Shown in pieces: positions 13,290 to 27,013 of a DNA stretch of 64,000 nt; position 1 is the first letter of the stretch, and each line of letters opens with the position of its first letter. The DNA comes from Eledone cirrhosa (taxonomy: Eukaryota). The position numbers were made by a program, and so were the translations under genes. The notes beneath the pieces were generated by a model. That model saw nothing but the letters and a program-made list of their open reading frames with translations, was not told the origin of the DNA and searched no databases. The stretch covers positions 62,001 through 126,000 of the forward strand of contig OZ024758.1 in assembly GCA_964016885.1 (NCBI GenBank). Reading direction: 5' to 3'.

Positions 13290-16200
13290 TACAAATATAT
13301 ATATGCGTACGAAAGTGTGGTTACATGATGCCTATGCGAGATGTGCGACCCTGCATGGTAGTGAAACATGGACAGCAACTGCAGAGGGTATGCGATGGCT
13401 GGAGAGAAATGAAGCAAGCACGCTCCGTTGGATGTGCAATGTCAATGTGCGGGAACGACCAAGCATAAACGAGTTGAGAGAGAAACTGTGTTTAAGAGGG
13501 ATAAGTTGTGGTGTGCAAGAGAGGACTGAGATGGTATGGGCATGTGATGCGCATGGAGGTTGAGCGCTGGGTAAAGAAGGGAGACGCAGTAGAGGAAGAC
13601 CACGAAAAACATGGGTGGAGGTGGTGAGAGCCGACTTCAGATCGCTGAAACTCACCAAGGAGATGACGAAGGACCGTGACAAGTGAAGAGATGCTTTGCT
13701 CAAGAGGACCTGTCCCACCCTTTCAAGCAGGGAAAAGCGGACGTAAAATGATGAACAGACGATGATAATGATGCTCTCTATATATCTATCTCTCTATCAA
13801 TCTATCCAGATATCTGTGCATCAGTCTATCTATTTACCTATAAACACCCTCCTCACTCCGTCTCAGGATCACCGAGACATCACCAACAACCAACCCACGC
13901 TGTGGGAAACAGTCCTCCCCGGGGCACACCCTGCTACTTCACACCATCTGTCTGTCTCGCTGCCTAACTACCGAGAAATCCGGCTTCTGTGCTTGCCTAA
14001 TTTGTAGGTTATTAGGCAGTTGGCAGGTTTGCGGAAGTTGGTTTTGCAAATGGTTAAAACACTTGCATCACAAAATTCAAATAGCATCACTCCTTGTTTT
14101 ATCTTTCTCGTCTTTACCTAGGCCTGCATAAGTTAGTGTTACGGTTAGTGTTACTGTTAGCGTTACGACTAGTTTTAGGGTTAATTGAGAGCAAGAAACT
14201 GCTGCTAGGTAAAGACAAGAAATTCTGCATTTACAAGCAATTTTTACAAACAGCCACAATGACAGGACGGAGACATCGTTATGCTAGCAGGGGATTTCAA
14301 TGGTCATGTTGGACAGCTCTACGATGGTTACACTGAGGTACATGTTGGGCACACTTACGGCTTAAGAAATGAAGCAGTGAAACTTCTTGAATTTTGCAAT
14401 GCAATTGCACTAACCATCTACAACACTAACTTACACAAATCTGCCAACCACCTAATAACCTACAAATCAGGCAAGCACATAAGCCAGATTGACTTCTTGC
14501 TAGTTAGGCAGCGGGACAGGCAGATGGTGTCAAATGCAAAGGCATACCCCGGGGAAGAATGTACCCCACAGCATAGGTTAGTCGTTAGTGATATCTCATT
14601 AAGCAAGAGACTGAATGAGACATACAGGAAGGTGTGGAAAAAAGAAAGGTCTGGAAGCTAAAAGAGCTCTCACTAAAATACAAATTTAGGAAAGCCCTTC
14701 AATATGTGTATGATGAAAAAGAAGACGATTTAGAGTCGTACAACATAGATGATAACTGGAATTTCTTATGCGATACCTTACTGCAGGTTACTGATGAAAC
14801 TTGTGGCTGGATCAGAGTTCCAACCAGACAGAGAGTGACATGGTGGTGGGACAGCACGGTAGATCGGGCCATTGGAGACTAAAGACTAGCATGGAATGCT
14901 TGCAAAATTAGTGCGAGTAGAGAAGAATATACAGCCGCTAAGAGAGAAGCTAGACGTCAGGTGTACTTAGCATGCAAGGAGGCTGCTCGACGACGTGCGC
15001 TGTTCCGTACTGCAAGGCAGTGTGTCAGTGCAAATCGGGATTAAGTCTGTCCGCAATGATGCCGCTGTACTTTGTGTCACGAATGAGTGTTGATGAGTAG
15101 AAAAGAGGACAAAACTCTATTCCGTCAGGGAAATGGCCATGTTCGATATGCAGAAACGGAACTGGCATAAATTATATAAAACGTACACAAAAGATCGAGT
15201 GCGATAGCAGGCACGTAGTGGGATAGCAGGCAAACTAACAGCATATTTTGATTATAATAAAACAAATAATAATAGTAATAATAATAATAATAATAATCGT
15301 CATTGTTCTTTTCTTCTGTGCCTTTCTTTGCCTTCTCTGTCATCTGAATAACAAAAATAAAAGAAAAAAAGAATCTTAAACATATGTTGCCTTTACAAAG
15401 TGCTGTGATCAAAGTAGCTTTTAAGCAATTTCCTAACTAACAAACAACATCAACAAAATATATACAAATATCTTTGAATGTCAAGTCCACCAAGAGAAAA
15501 TAGTCATAATGTACTTACAGATACAATGCTAGGGACTCGCATCAATGAGTTTTAGTAGAAAATGACTGACTGACTGTTGAGGGGACAGAGGTGTGTTTTC
15601 AAATATTTATCAATTCACAACAAAGCCTCACAAAGCTACATCATAATGCAAACTCACAACACCCTTCTTATGCAACCTCACCAAGCAACCCCACAACACA
15701 ACCTCACGTTCACAATTCACAACACTCAACAAGGCATTCGTTATCTAGGGTTTACAGTAAACATAGCGAGGTAAGACACACCCAGTACACTCTGTAAAGT
15801 GGTCATTAGGTTAAGATTAAACTGAAATCATACCTCCATTGTCGTTGGCGTATATTTTCTCTAAAACTTAATTTCATTGCTTTCATTTCTCTTCTTTTTC
15901 TTCTATTCCATCTAAATATGAAAAAAAAATTATACAGGTCATTTCGTCTTATCAAGAGGTCCATTTAAAATTGAGATTAACGAATATAGGGTCCAAGAGG
16001 CGATTAAGGAATTGAAAAATGGTGAGGCTGCTGGACCATCGGAGATAGTTGCTGAGATGCTGAAGGCCTCAGGGGACGTAGGCACTAAACTGGTTGCACA
16101 CATCATCAATCAGGCTATATATGGCAGTGTCATACCCAAAGACTAGTGCAAAAGTAAAGGGGACGCTCTTGAGAGGAGAAATTATAGGGATATAAAACTG

Positions 16201-16611
16201 ATGGATCAGGTTATGAAAGTGGCAGAAAGGATATTAGCACAACTAATTAGAGAAAGGGTCAAACTAGATGAGATGCAGTTTGGTTTTGTGCCTGGGAATA
16301 GTACAACAGATGCCCTCTTCTTGATGAGACAATTACAAGAGAGGTTCTTAGAGAAAAATAAGCCACTATACTTAGCCTTTGTTGACCTAGAGAAGGCCTT
16401 TGATAGGGTACGCCGATCTGTCATCTTATTATTTAACCTATAAATGGGGCCCCAACAGGTACTACTACACCAGGCCAGAGCAGACCTGGGAGTTATGACA
16501 ACTAAGGGGGTAACTCCATGTTCCCCACAGTTCCTCCTGAACTTGAGCCTTGCCACTGGATGTAGTTTAATGTCATACCCAGGACAAATATATACATACA
16601 TATATATACAT

Positions 16612-16652
<41 letters not shown>

Positions 16653-19320
16653 TACAAATATATATATGCGTACGAAAGTGTGGTTACATGATGCCTATGC
16701 GAGATGTGCGACCCTGCATGGTAGTGAAACATGGACAGCAACTGCAGAGGGTATGCGATGGCTGGAGAGAAATGAAGCAAGCACGCTCCGTTGGATGTGC
16801 AATGTCAATGTGCGGGAACGACCAAGCATAAACGAGTTGAGAGAGAAACTGTGTTTAAGAGGGATAAGTTGTGGTGTGCAAGAGAGGACTGAGATGGTAT
16901 GGGCATGTGATGCGCATGGAGGTTGAGCGCTGGGTAAAGAAGGGAGACGCAGTAGAGGAAGACCACGAAAAACATGGGTGGAGGTGGTGAGAGCCGACTT
17001 CAGATCGCTGAAACTCACCAAGGAGATGACGAAGGACCGTGACAAGTGAAGAGATGCTTTGCTCAAGAGGACCTGTCCCACCCTTTCAAGCAGGGAAAAG
17101 CGGACGTAAAATGATGAACAGACGATGATAATGATGCTCTCTATATATCTATCTCTCTATCAATCTATCCAGATATCTGTGCATCAGTCTATCTATTTAC
17201 CTATAAACACCCTCCTCACTCCGTCTCAGGATCACCGAGACATCACCAACAACCAACCCACGCTGTGGGAAACAGTCCTCCCCGGGGCACACCCTGCTAC
17301 TTCACACCATCTGTCTGTCTCGCTGCCTAACTACCGAGAAATCCGGCTTCTGTGCTTGCCTAATTTGTAGGTTATTAGGCAGTTGGCAGGTTTGCGGAAG
17401 TTGGTTTTGCAAATGGTTAAAACACTTGCATCACGAAATTCAAATAGCATCACTCCTTGTTTTATCTTTCTCGTCTTTACCCAGGCCTGCATAAGTTAGT
17501 GTTACGGTTAGTGTTACTGTTAGCGTTACGGCTAGTTTTAGGGTTAATTGAGAGCAAGAAACTGCTGCTAGGTAAAGACAAGAAATTCTGCATTTACAAG
17601 CAATTTTTACAAACAGCCACAATGACAGGACGGAGACATCGTTATGCTAGCAGGGGATTTCAATGGTCATGTTGGACAGCTCTACGATGGTTACACCGAG
17701 GTACATGTTGGGCACACTTACGGCTTAAGAAATGAAGCAGTGAAACTTCTTGAATTTTGCGATGCAATTGCACTAACCATCTACAACACTAACTTACACA
17801 AATCTGCCAACCACCTAATAACCTACAAATCAGGCAAGCACATAAGCCAGATTGACTTCTTGCTAGTTAGGCAGCGGGACAGGCAGATGGTGTCAAATAC
17901 AAAGGCATACCCCGGGGAAGAATGTACCCCACAGCATAGGTTAGTCGTTAGTGATATCTCATTAAGCAAGAGACTGAATGAGACATACAGGAAGGTGTGG
18001 AAAAAAGAAAGGTCTGGAAGCTAAAAGAGCTCTCACTAAAATACAAATTTAGGAAAGCCCTTCAATATGTGTATGATGAAAAAGAAGACGATTTAGAGTC
18101 GTACAACATAGATGATAACTGGAATTTCTTATGCGATACCTTACCGCAGGTTACTGATGAAACTTGTGGCTGGATCAGAGTTCCAACCAGACAGAGAGTG
18201 ACATGGTGGTGGGACAGCACGGTAGATCGGGCCATTGGAGACTAAAGACTAGCATGGAATGCTTGCAAAATTAGTGCGAGTAGAGAAGAATATACAGCCG
18301 CTAAGAGAGAAGCTAGACGTCAGGTGTACTTAGCATGCAAGGAGGCTGCTCGACGACGTGCGCTGTTCCGTACTGCAAGGCAGTGTGTCAGTGAAAATCG
18401 GGATTAAGTCTGCCCGCAATGATGCCGCTGTACTTTGTGTCACGAATGAGTGTTGATGAGTAGAAAAGAGGACAAAACTCTATTCCGTCAGGGAAATGGC
18501 CATGTTCGATATGCAGAAACGGAACTGGCATAAATTATATAAAACGTACACAAAAGATCGAGTGCGATAGCAGGCACGTAGTGGGATAGCAGGCAAACTA
18601 ACAGCATATTTTGATTATAATAAAACAAATAATAATAGTAATAATAATAATAATAATCGTCATTGTTCTTTTCTTCTGTGCCTTTCTTTGCCTTCTCTGT
18701 CATCTGAATAACAAAAATAAAAGAAAAAAAGAATCTTAAACATATGTTGCCTTTACAAAGTGCTGTGATCAAAGTAGCTTTTAAGCAATTTCCTAACTAA
18801 CAAACAACATCAACAAAATATATACAAATATCTTTGAATGTCAAGTCCACCAAGAGAAAATAGTCATAATGTACTTACAGATACAATGCTAGGGACTCGC
18901 ATCAATGAGTTTTAGTAGAAAATGACTGACTGACTGTTGAGGGGACAGAGGTGTGTTTTCAAATATTTATCAATTCACAACAAAGCCTCACAAAGCTACA
19001 TCATAATGCAAACTCACAACACCCTTCTTATGCAACCTCACCAAGCAACCCCACAACACAACCTCACGTTCACAATTCACAACACTCAACAAGGCATTCG
19101 TTATCTAGGGTTTACAGTAAACATAGCGAGGTAAAACACCCAGTACACTCTGTAAAGTGGTCATTAGGTTAAGATTAAACTGAAATCATACCTCCATTGT
19201 CGTTGGCGTATATTTTCTCTAAAACTTAATTTCATTGCTTTCATTTCTCTTCTTTTTCTTCTATTCCATCTAAATATGAAAAAAAAATTATACAGGTCAT
19301 TTCGTCTTATCAAGAGGTCC

Positions 19321-19324
<4 letters not shown>

Positions 19325-19355
<31 letters not shown>

Positions 19356-19641
19356 GAGATAATACCTTAAAATAATGGTAAAAAAAGTGTTTAATTACGA
19401 AAATCCTTTGAAATAACTTCCTCGCTCTTACTGGTCATACCTGCAAAACACAAAACACTAGCGTTAGCGTGAACAGTGCAGTGCAGTGCAGTGCAGTGTA
19501 ATTTAGTATGGTGCAGTTTAGTGGCACAGTACACTGTAAAACATTTAGCCAATCTCTCAGACATTTACAAATCTTTCAAGATATATATATATATGGGAGA
19601 GAGAGAAATTACCCTCAGTAGATCAGACAGAGGGACCAGCT
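19325..19641. repeat. ~314-bp segment present only in long units (also ~36412-36728 and ~40047-40363): A29, microexon, (CAGTG)n, RTE piece
   Basis: Short units read ccatttaaaa|ttgagatt. Long units carry the extra segment, and a diverged homologue lies at 43358-43632. Confidence 0.95.
19432..19440 (-). other. Putative 9-nt microexon GTATGACCA (also 36519-36527 and 40154-40162)
   Basis: Minus strand (cactg)n-ttcacgCTAACgctagtgttttgtgttttgcag|GTATGACCA|gtaaga. Confidence 0.6.
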
Positions 19642-22600
19642 ATTGAGATTGACGAATATAGGGTCCAAGAGGCGATTAAGGAAATGAAAAATGGTGAGGC
19701 TGCTGGACCATCGGAGATAGTTGCTGAGATGCTGAAGGCCTCAGGGGACGTAGGCACTAAACTGGTTGCACACATCATCAATCAGGCTATATATGGCAGT
19801 GTCATACCCAAAGACTAGTGCAAAAGTAAAGGGGATGCTCTTGAGAGGAGAAATTATAGGGATATAAAACTGATGGATCAGGTTATGAAAGTGGCAGAAA
19901 GGATATTAGCACAACTAATTAGAGAAAGGGTCAAACTAGATGAGATGCAGTTTGGTTTTGTGCCTGGGAATAGTACAACAGATGCCCTCTTCTTGATGAG
20001 ACAATTACAAGAGAGGTTCTTAGAGAAAAATAAGCCACTATACTTAGCCTTTGTTGACCTAGAGAAGGCCTTTGATAGGGTACGCCGATCTGTCATCTTA
20101 TTATTTAACCTATAAATGGGGCCCCAACAGGTACTACTACACCAGGCCAGAGCAGACCTGGGAGTTATGACAACTAAGGGGGTAACTCCACGTTCCCCAC
20201 AGTTCCTCCTGAACTTGAGCCTTGCCACTGGATGTAGTTTAATGTCATACCCAGGACAAATATATACATACATATATATATATACATACACACATATATA
20301 TATATATATATATACATATATACAAATATATATATGCGTACGAAAGTGTGGTTACATGATGCCTATGCGAGATGTGCGACCCTGCATGGTAGTGAGACAT
20401 GGACAGCAACTGCAGAGGGTATGCGATGGCTGGAGAGAAATGAAGCAAGCACGCTCCGTTGGATGTGCAATGTCAATGTGCGGGAACGACCAAGCATAAA
20501 CGAGTTGAGAGAGAAACTGTGTTTAAGAGGGATAAGTTGTGGTGTGCAAGAGAGGACTGAGATGGTATGGGCATGTGATGCGCATGGAGGTTGAGCGCTG
20601 GGTAAAGAAGGGAGACGCAGTAGAGGAAGACCACGAAAAACATGGGTGGAGGTGGTGAGAGCCGACTTCAGATCGCTGAAACTCACCAAGGAGATGACGA
20701 AGGACCGTGACAAGTGAAGAGATGCTTTGCTCAAGAGGACCTGTCCCACCCTTTCAAGCAGGGAAAAGCGGACGTAAAATGATGAACAGACGATGATAAT
20801 GATGCTCTCTATATATCTATCTCTCTATCAATCTATCCAGATATCTGTGCATCAGTCTATCTATTTACCTATAAACACCCTCCTCACTCCGTCTCAGGAT
20901 CACCGAGACATCACCAACAACCAACCCACGCTGTGGGAAACAGTCCTCCCCGGGGCACACCCTGCTACTTCACACCATCTGTCTGTCTCGCTGCCTAACT
21001 ACCGAGAAATCCGGCTTCTGTGCTTGCCTAATTTGTAGGTTATTAGGCAGTTGGCAGGTTTGCGGAAGTTGGTTTTGCAAATGGTTAAAACACTTGCATC
21101 ACGAAATTCAAATAGCATCACTCCTTGTTTTATCTTTCTCGTCTTTACCCAGGCCTGCATAAGTTAGTGTTACGGTTAGTGTTACTGTTAGCGTTACGGC
21201 TAGTTTTAGGGTTAATTGAGAGCAAGAAACTGCTGCTAGGTAAAGACAAGAAATTCTGCATTTACAAGCAATTTTTACAAACAGCCACAATGACAGGACG
21301 GAGACATCGTTATGCTAGCAGGGGATTTCAATGGTCATGTTGGACAGCTCTACGATGGTTACACCGAGGTACGTGTTGGGCACACTTACGGCTTAAGAAA
21401 TGAAGCAGTGAAACTTCTTGAATTTTGCGATGCAATTGCACTAACCATCTACAACACTAACTTACACAAATCTGCCAACCACCTAATAACCTACAAATCA
21501 GGCAAGCACATAAGCCAGATTGACTTCTTGCTAGTTAGGCAGCGGGACAGGCAGATGGTGTCAAATACAAAGGCATACCCCGGGGAAGAATGTACCCCAA
21601 GCAAGAGACTGAATGAGACATACAGGAAGGTGTGGAAAAAAGAAAGGTCTGGAAGCTAAAAGAGCTCTCACTAAAATACAAATTTAGGAAAGCCCTTCAA
21701 TACGTGTATGATGAAAAAGAAGACGATTTAGAGTCGTACAACATAGATGATAACTGGAATTTCTTATGCGATACCTTACTGCAGGTTACTGATGAAACTT
21801 GTGGCTGGATCAGAGTTCCAACCAGACAGAGAGTGACATGGTGGTGGGACAGCACGGTAGATCGGGCCATTGGAGACTAAAGACTAGCATGGAATGCTTG
21901 CAAAATTAGTGCGAGTAGAGAAGAATATACAGCCGCTAAGAGAGAAGCTAGACGTCAGGTGTACTTAGCATGCAAGGAGGCTGCTCGACGACGTGCGCTG
22001 TTCCGTACTGCAAGGCAGTGTGTCAGTGCAAATCGGGATTAAGTCTGTCCGCAATGATGCCGCTGTACTTTGTGTCACGAATGAGTGTTGATGAGTAGAA
22101 AAGAGGACAAAACTCTATTCCGTCAGGGAAATGGCCATGTTCGATATGCAGAAACGGAACTGGCATAAATTATATAAAACGTACACAAAAGATCGAGTGC
22201 GATAGCAGGCACGTAGTGGGATAGCAGGCAAACTAACAGCATATTTTGATTATAATAAAACAAATAATAATAGTAATAATAATAATAATAATAATCGTCA
22301 TTGTTCTTTTCTTCTGTGCCTTTCTTTGCCTTCTCTGTCATCTGAATAACAAAAATAAAAGAAAAAAAGAATCTTAAACATATGTTGCCTTTACAAAGTG
22401 CTGTGATCAAAGTAGCTTTTAAGCAATTTCCTAACTAACAAACAACATCAACAAAATATATACAAATATCTTTGAATGTCAAGTCCACCAAGAGAAAATA
22501 GTCATAATGTACTTACAGATACAATGCTAGGGACTCGCATCAATGAGTTTTAGTAGAAAATGACTGACTGACTGTTGAGGGGACAGAGGTGTGTTTTCAA

Positions 22601-23609
22601 ATATTTATCAATTCACAACAAAGCCTCACAAAGCTACATCATAATGCAAACTCACAACACCCTTCTTATGCAACCTCACCAAGCAACCCCACAACACAAC
22701 CTCACGTTCACAATTCACAACACTCAACAAGGCATTCGTTATCTAGGGTTTACAGTAAACATAGCGAGGTAAGACACACCCAGTACACTCTGTAAAGTGG
22801 TCATTAGGTTAAGATTAAACTGAAATCATACCTCCATTGTCGTTGGCGTATATTTTCTCTAAAACTTAATTTCATTGCTTTCATTTCTCTTCTTTTTCTT
22901 CTATTCCATCTAAATATGAAAAAAAAATTATACAGGTCATTTCGTCTTATCAAGAGGTCCATTTAAAATTGAGATTAACGAATATAGGGTCCAAGAGGCG
23001 ATTAAGGAATTGAAAAATGGTGAGGCTGCTGGACCATCGGAGATAGTTGCTGAGATGCTGAAGGCCTCAGGGGACGTAGGCACTAAACTGGTTGCACACA
23101 TCATCAATCAGGCTATATATGGCAGTGTCATACCCAAAGACTAGTGCAAAAGTAAAGGGGACGCTCTTGAGAGGAGAAATTATAGGGATATAAAACTGAT
23201 GGATCAGGTTATGAAAGTGGCAGAAAGGATATTAGCACAACTAATTAGAGAAAGGGTCAAACTAGATGAGATGCAGTTTGGTTTTGTGCCTGGGAATAGT
23301 ACAACAGATGCCCTCTTCTTGATGAGACAATTACAAGAGAGGTTCTTAGAGAAAAATAAGCCACTATACTTAGCCTTTGTTGACCTAGAGAAGGCCTTTG
23401 ATAGGGTACGCCGATCTGTCATCTTATTATTTAACCTATAAATGGGGCCCCAACAGGTACTACTACACCAGGCCAGAGCAGACCTGGGAGTTATGACAAC
23501 TAAGGGGGTAACTCCATGTTCCCCACAGTTCCTCCTGAACTTGAGCCTTGCCACTGGATGTAGTTTAATGTCATACCCAGGACAAATATATACATACATA
23601 TATATACAT

Positions 23610-23650
<41 letters not shown>

Positions 23651-26600
23651 TACAAATATATATATGCGTACGAAAGTGTGGTTACATGATGCCTATGCGA
23701 GATGTGCGACCCTGCATGGTAGTGAAACATGGACAGCAACTGCAGAGGGTATGCGATGGCTGGAGAGAAATGAAGCAAGCACGCTCCGTTGGATGTGCAA
23801 TGTCAATGTGCGGGAACGACCAAGCATAAACGAGTTGAGAGAGAAACTGTGTTTAAGAGGGATAAGTTGTGGTGTGCAAGAGAGGACTGAGATGGTATGG
23901 GCATGTGATGCGCATGGAGGTTGAGCGCTGGGTAAAGAAGGGAGACGCAGTAGAGGAAGACCACGAAAAACATGGGTGGAGGTGGTGAGAGCCGACTTCA
24001 GATCGCTGAAACTCACCAAGGAGATGACGAAGGACCGTGACAAGTGAAGAGATGCTTTGCTCAAGAGGACCTGTCCCACCCTTTCAAGCAGGGAAAAGCG
24101 GACGTAAAATGATGAACAGACGATGATAATGATGCTCTCTATATATCTATCTCTCTATCAATCTATCCAGATATCTGTGCATCAGTCTATCTATTTACCT
24201 ATAAACACCCTCCTCACTCCGTCTCAGGATCACCGAGACATCACCAACAACCAACCCACGCTGTGGGAAACAGTCCTCCCCGGGGCACACCCTGCTACTT
24301 CACACCATCTGTCTGTCTCGCTGCCTAACTACCGAGAAATCCGGCTTCTGTGCTTGCCTAATTTGTAGGTTATTAGGCAGTTGGCAGGTTTGCGGAAGTT
24401 GGTTTTGCAAATGGTTAAAACACTTGCATCACAAAATTCAAATAGCATCACTCCTTGTTTTATCTTTCTCGTCTTTACCTAGGCCTGCATAAGTTAGTGT
24501 TACGGTTAGTGTTACTGTTAGCGTTACGACTAGTTTTAGGGTTAATTGAGAGCAAGAAACTGCTGCTAGGTAAAGACAAGAAATTCTGCATTTACAAGCA
24601 ATTTTTACAAACAGCCACAATGACAGGACGGAGACATCGTTATGCTAGCAGGGGATTTCAATGGTCATGTTGGACAGCTCTACGATGGTTACACTGAGGT
24701 ACATGTTGGGCACACTTACGGCTTAAGAAATGAAGCAGTGAAACTTCTTGAATTTTGCAATGCAATTGCACTAACCATCTACAACACTAACTTACACAAA
24801 TCTGCCAACCACCTAATAACCTACAAATCAGGCAAGCACATAAGCCAGATTGACTTCTTGCTAGTTAGGCAGCGGGACAGGCAGATGGTGTCAAATGCAA
24901 AGGCATACCCCGGGGAAGAATGTACCCCACAGCATAGGTTAGTCGTTAGTGATATCTCATTAAGCAAGAGACTGAATGAGACATACAGGAAGGTGTGGAA
25001 AAAAGAAAGGTCTGGAAGCTAAAAGAGCTCTCACTAAAATACAAATTTAGGAAAGCCCTTCAATATGTGTATGATGAAAAAGAAGACGATTTAGAGTCGT
25101 ACAACATAGATGATAACTGGAATTTCTTATGCGATACCTTACTGCAGGTTACTGATGAAACTTGTGGCTGGATCAGAGTTCCAACCAGACAGAGAGTGAC
25201 ATGGTGGTGGGACAGCACGGTAGATCGGGCCATTGGAGACTAAAGACTAGCATGGAATGCTTGCAAAATTAGTGCGAGTAGAGAAGAATATACAGCCGCT
25301 AAGAGAGAAGCTAGACGTCAGGTGTACTTAGCATGCAAGGAGGCTGCTCGACGACGTGCGCTGTTCCGTACTGCAAGGCAGTGTGTCAGTGCAAATCGGG
25401 ATTAAGTCTGTCCGCAATGATGCCGCTGTACTTTGTGTCACGAATGAGTGTTGATGAGTAGAAAAGAGGACAAAACTCTATTCCGTCAGGGAAATGGCCA
25501 TGTTCGATATGCAGAAACGGAACTGGCATAAATTATATAAAACGTACACAAAAGATCGAGTGCGATAGCAGGCACGTAGTGGGATAGCAGGCAAACTAAC
25601 AGCATATTTTGATTATAATAAAACAAATAATAATAGTAATAATAATAATAATAATAATCGTCATTGTTCTTTTCTTCTGTGCCTTTCTTTGCCTTCTCTG
25701 TCATCTGAATAACAAAAATAAAAGAAAAAAAGAATCTTAAACATATGTTGCCTTTACAAAGTGCTGTGATCAAAGTAGCTTTTAAGCAATTTCCTAACTA
25801 ACAAACAACATCAACAAAATATATACAAATATCTTTGAATGTCAAGTCCACCAAGAGAAAATAGTCATAATGTACTTACAGATACAATGCTAGGGACTCG
25901 CATCAATGAGTTTTAGTAGAAAATGACTGACTGACTGTTGAGGGGACAGAGGTGTGTTTTCAAATATTTATCAATTCACAACAAAGCCTCACAAAGCTAC
26001 ATCATAATGCAAACTCACAACACCCTTCTTATGCAACCTCACCAAGCAACCCCACAACACAACCTCACGTTCACAATTCACAACACTCAACAAGGCATTC
26101 GTTATCTAGGGTTTACAGTAAACATAGCGAGGTAAGACACACCCAGTACACTCTGTAAAGTGGTCATTAGGTTAAGATTAAACTGAAATCATACCTCCAT
26201 TGTCGTTGGCGTATATTTTCTCTAAAACTTAATTTCATTGCTTTCATTTCTCTTCTTTTTCTTCTATTCCATCTAAATATGAAAAAAAAATTATACAGGT
26301 CATTTCGTCTTATCAAGAGGTCCATTTAAAATTGAGATTAACGAATATAGGGTCCAAGAGGCGATTAAGGAATTGAAAAATGGTGAGGCTGCTGGACCAT
26401 CGGAGATAGTTGCTGAGATGCTGAAGGCCTCAGGGGACGTAGGCACTAAACTGGTTGCACACATCATCAATCAGGCTATATATGGCAGTGTCATACCCAA
26501 AGACTAGTGCAAAAGTAAAGGGGACGCTCTTGAGAGGAGAAATTATAGGGATATAAAACTGATGGATCAGGTTATGAAAGTGGCAGAAAGGATATTAGCA

Positions 26601-26972
26601 CAACTAATTAGAGAAAGGGTCAAACTAGATGAGATGCAGTTTGGTTTTGTGCCTGGGAATAGTACAACAGATGCCCTCTTCTTGATGAGACAATTACAAG
26701 AGAGGTTCTTAGAGAAAAATAAGCCACTATACTTAGCCTTTGTTGACCTAGAGAAGGCCTTTGATAGGGTACGCCGATCTGTCATCTTATTATTTAACCT
26801 ATAAATGGGGCCCCAACAGGTACTACTACACCAGGCCAGAGCAGACCTGGGAGTTATGACAACTAAGGGGGTAACTCCATGTTCCCCACAGTTCCTCCTG
26901 AACTTGAGCCTTGCCACTGGATGTAGTTTAATGTCATACCCAGGACAAATATATACATACATATATATACAT

Positions 26973-27013
<41 letters not shown>

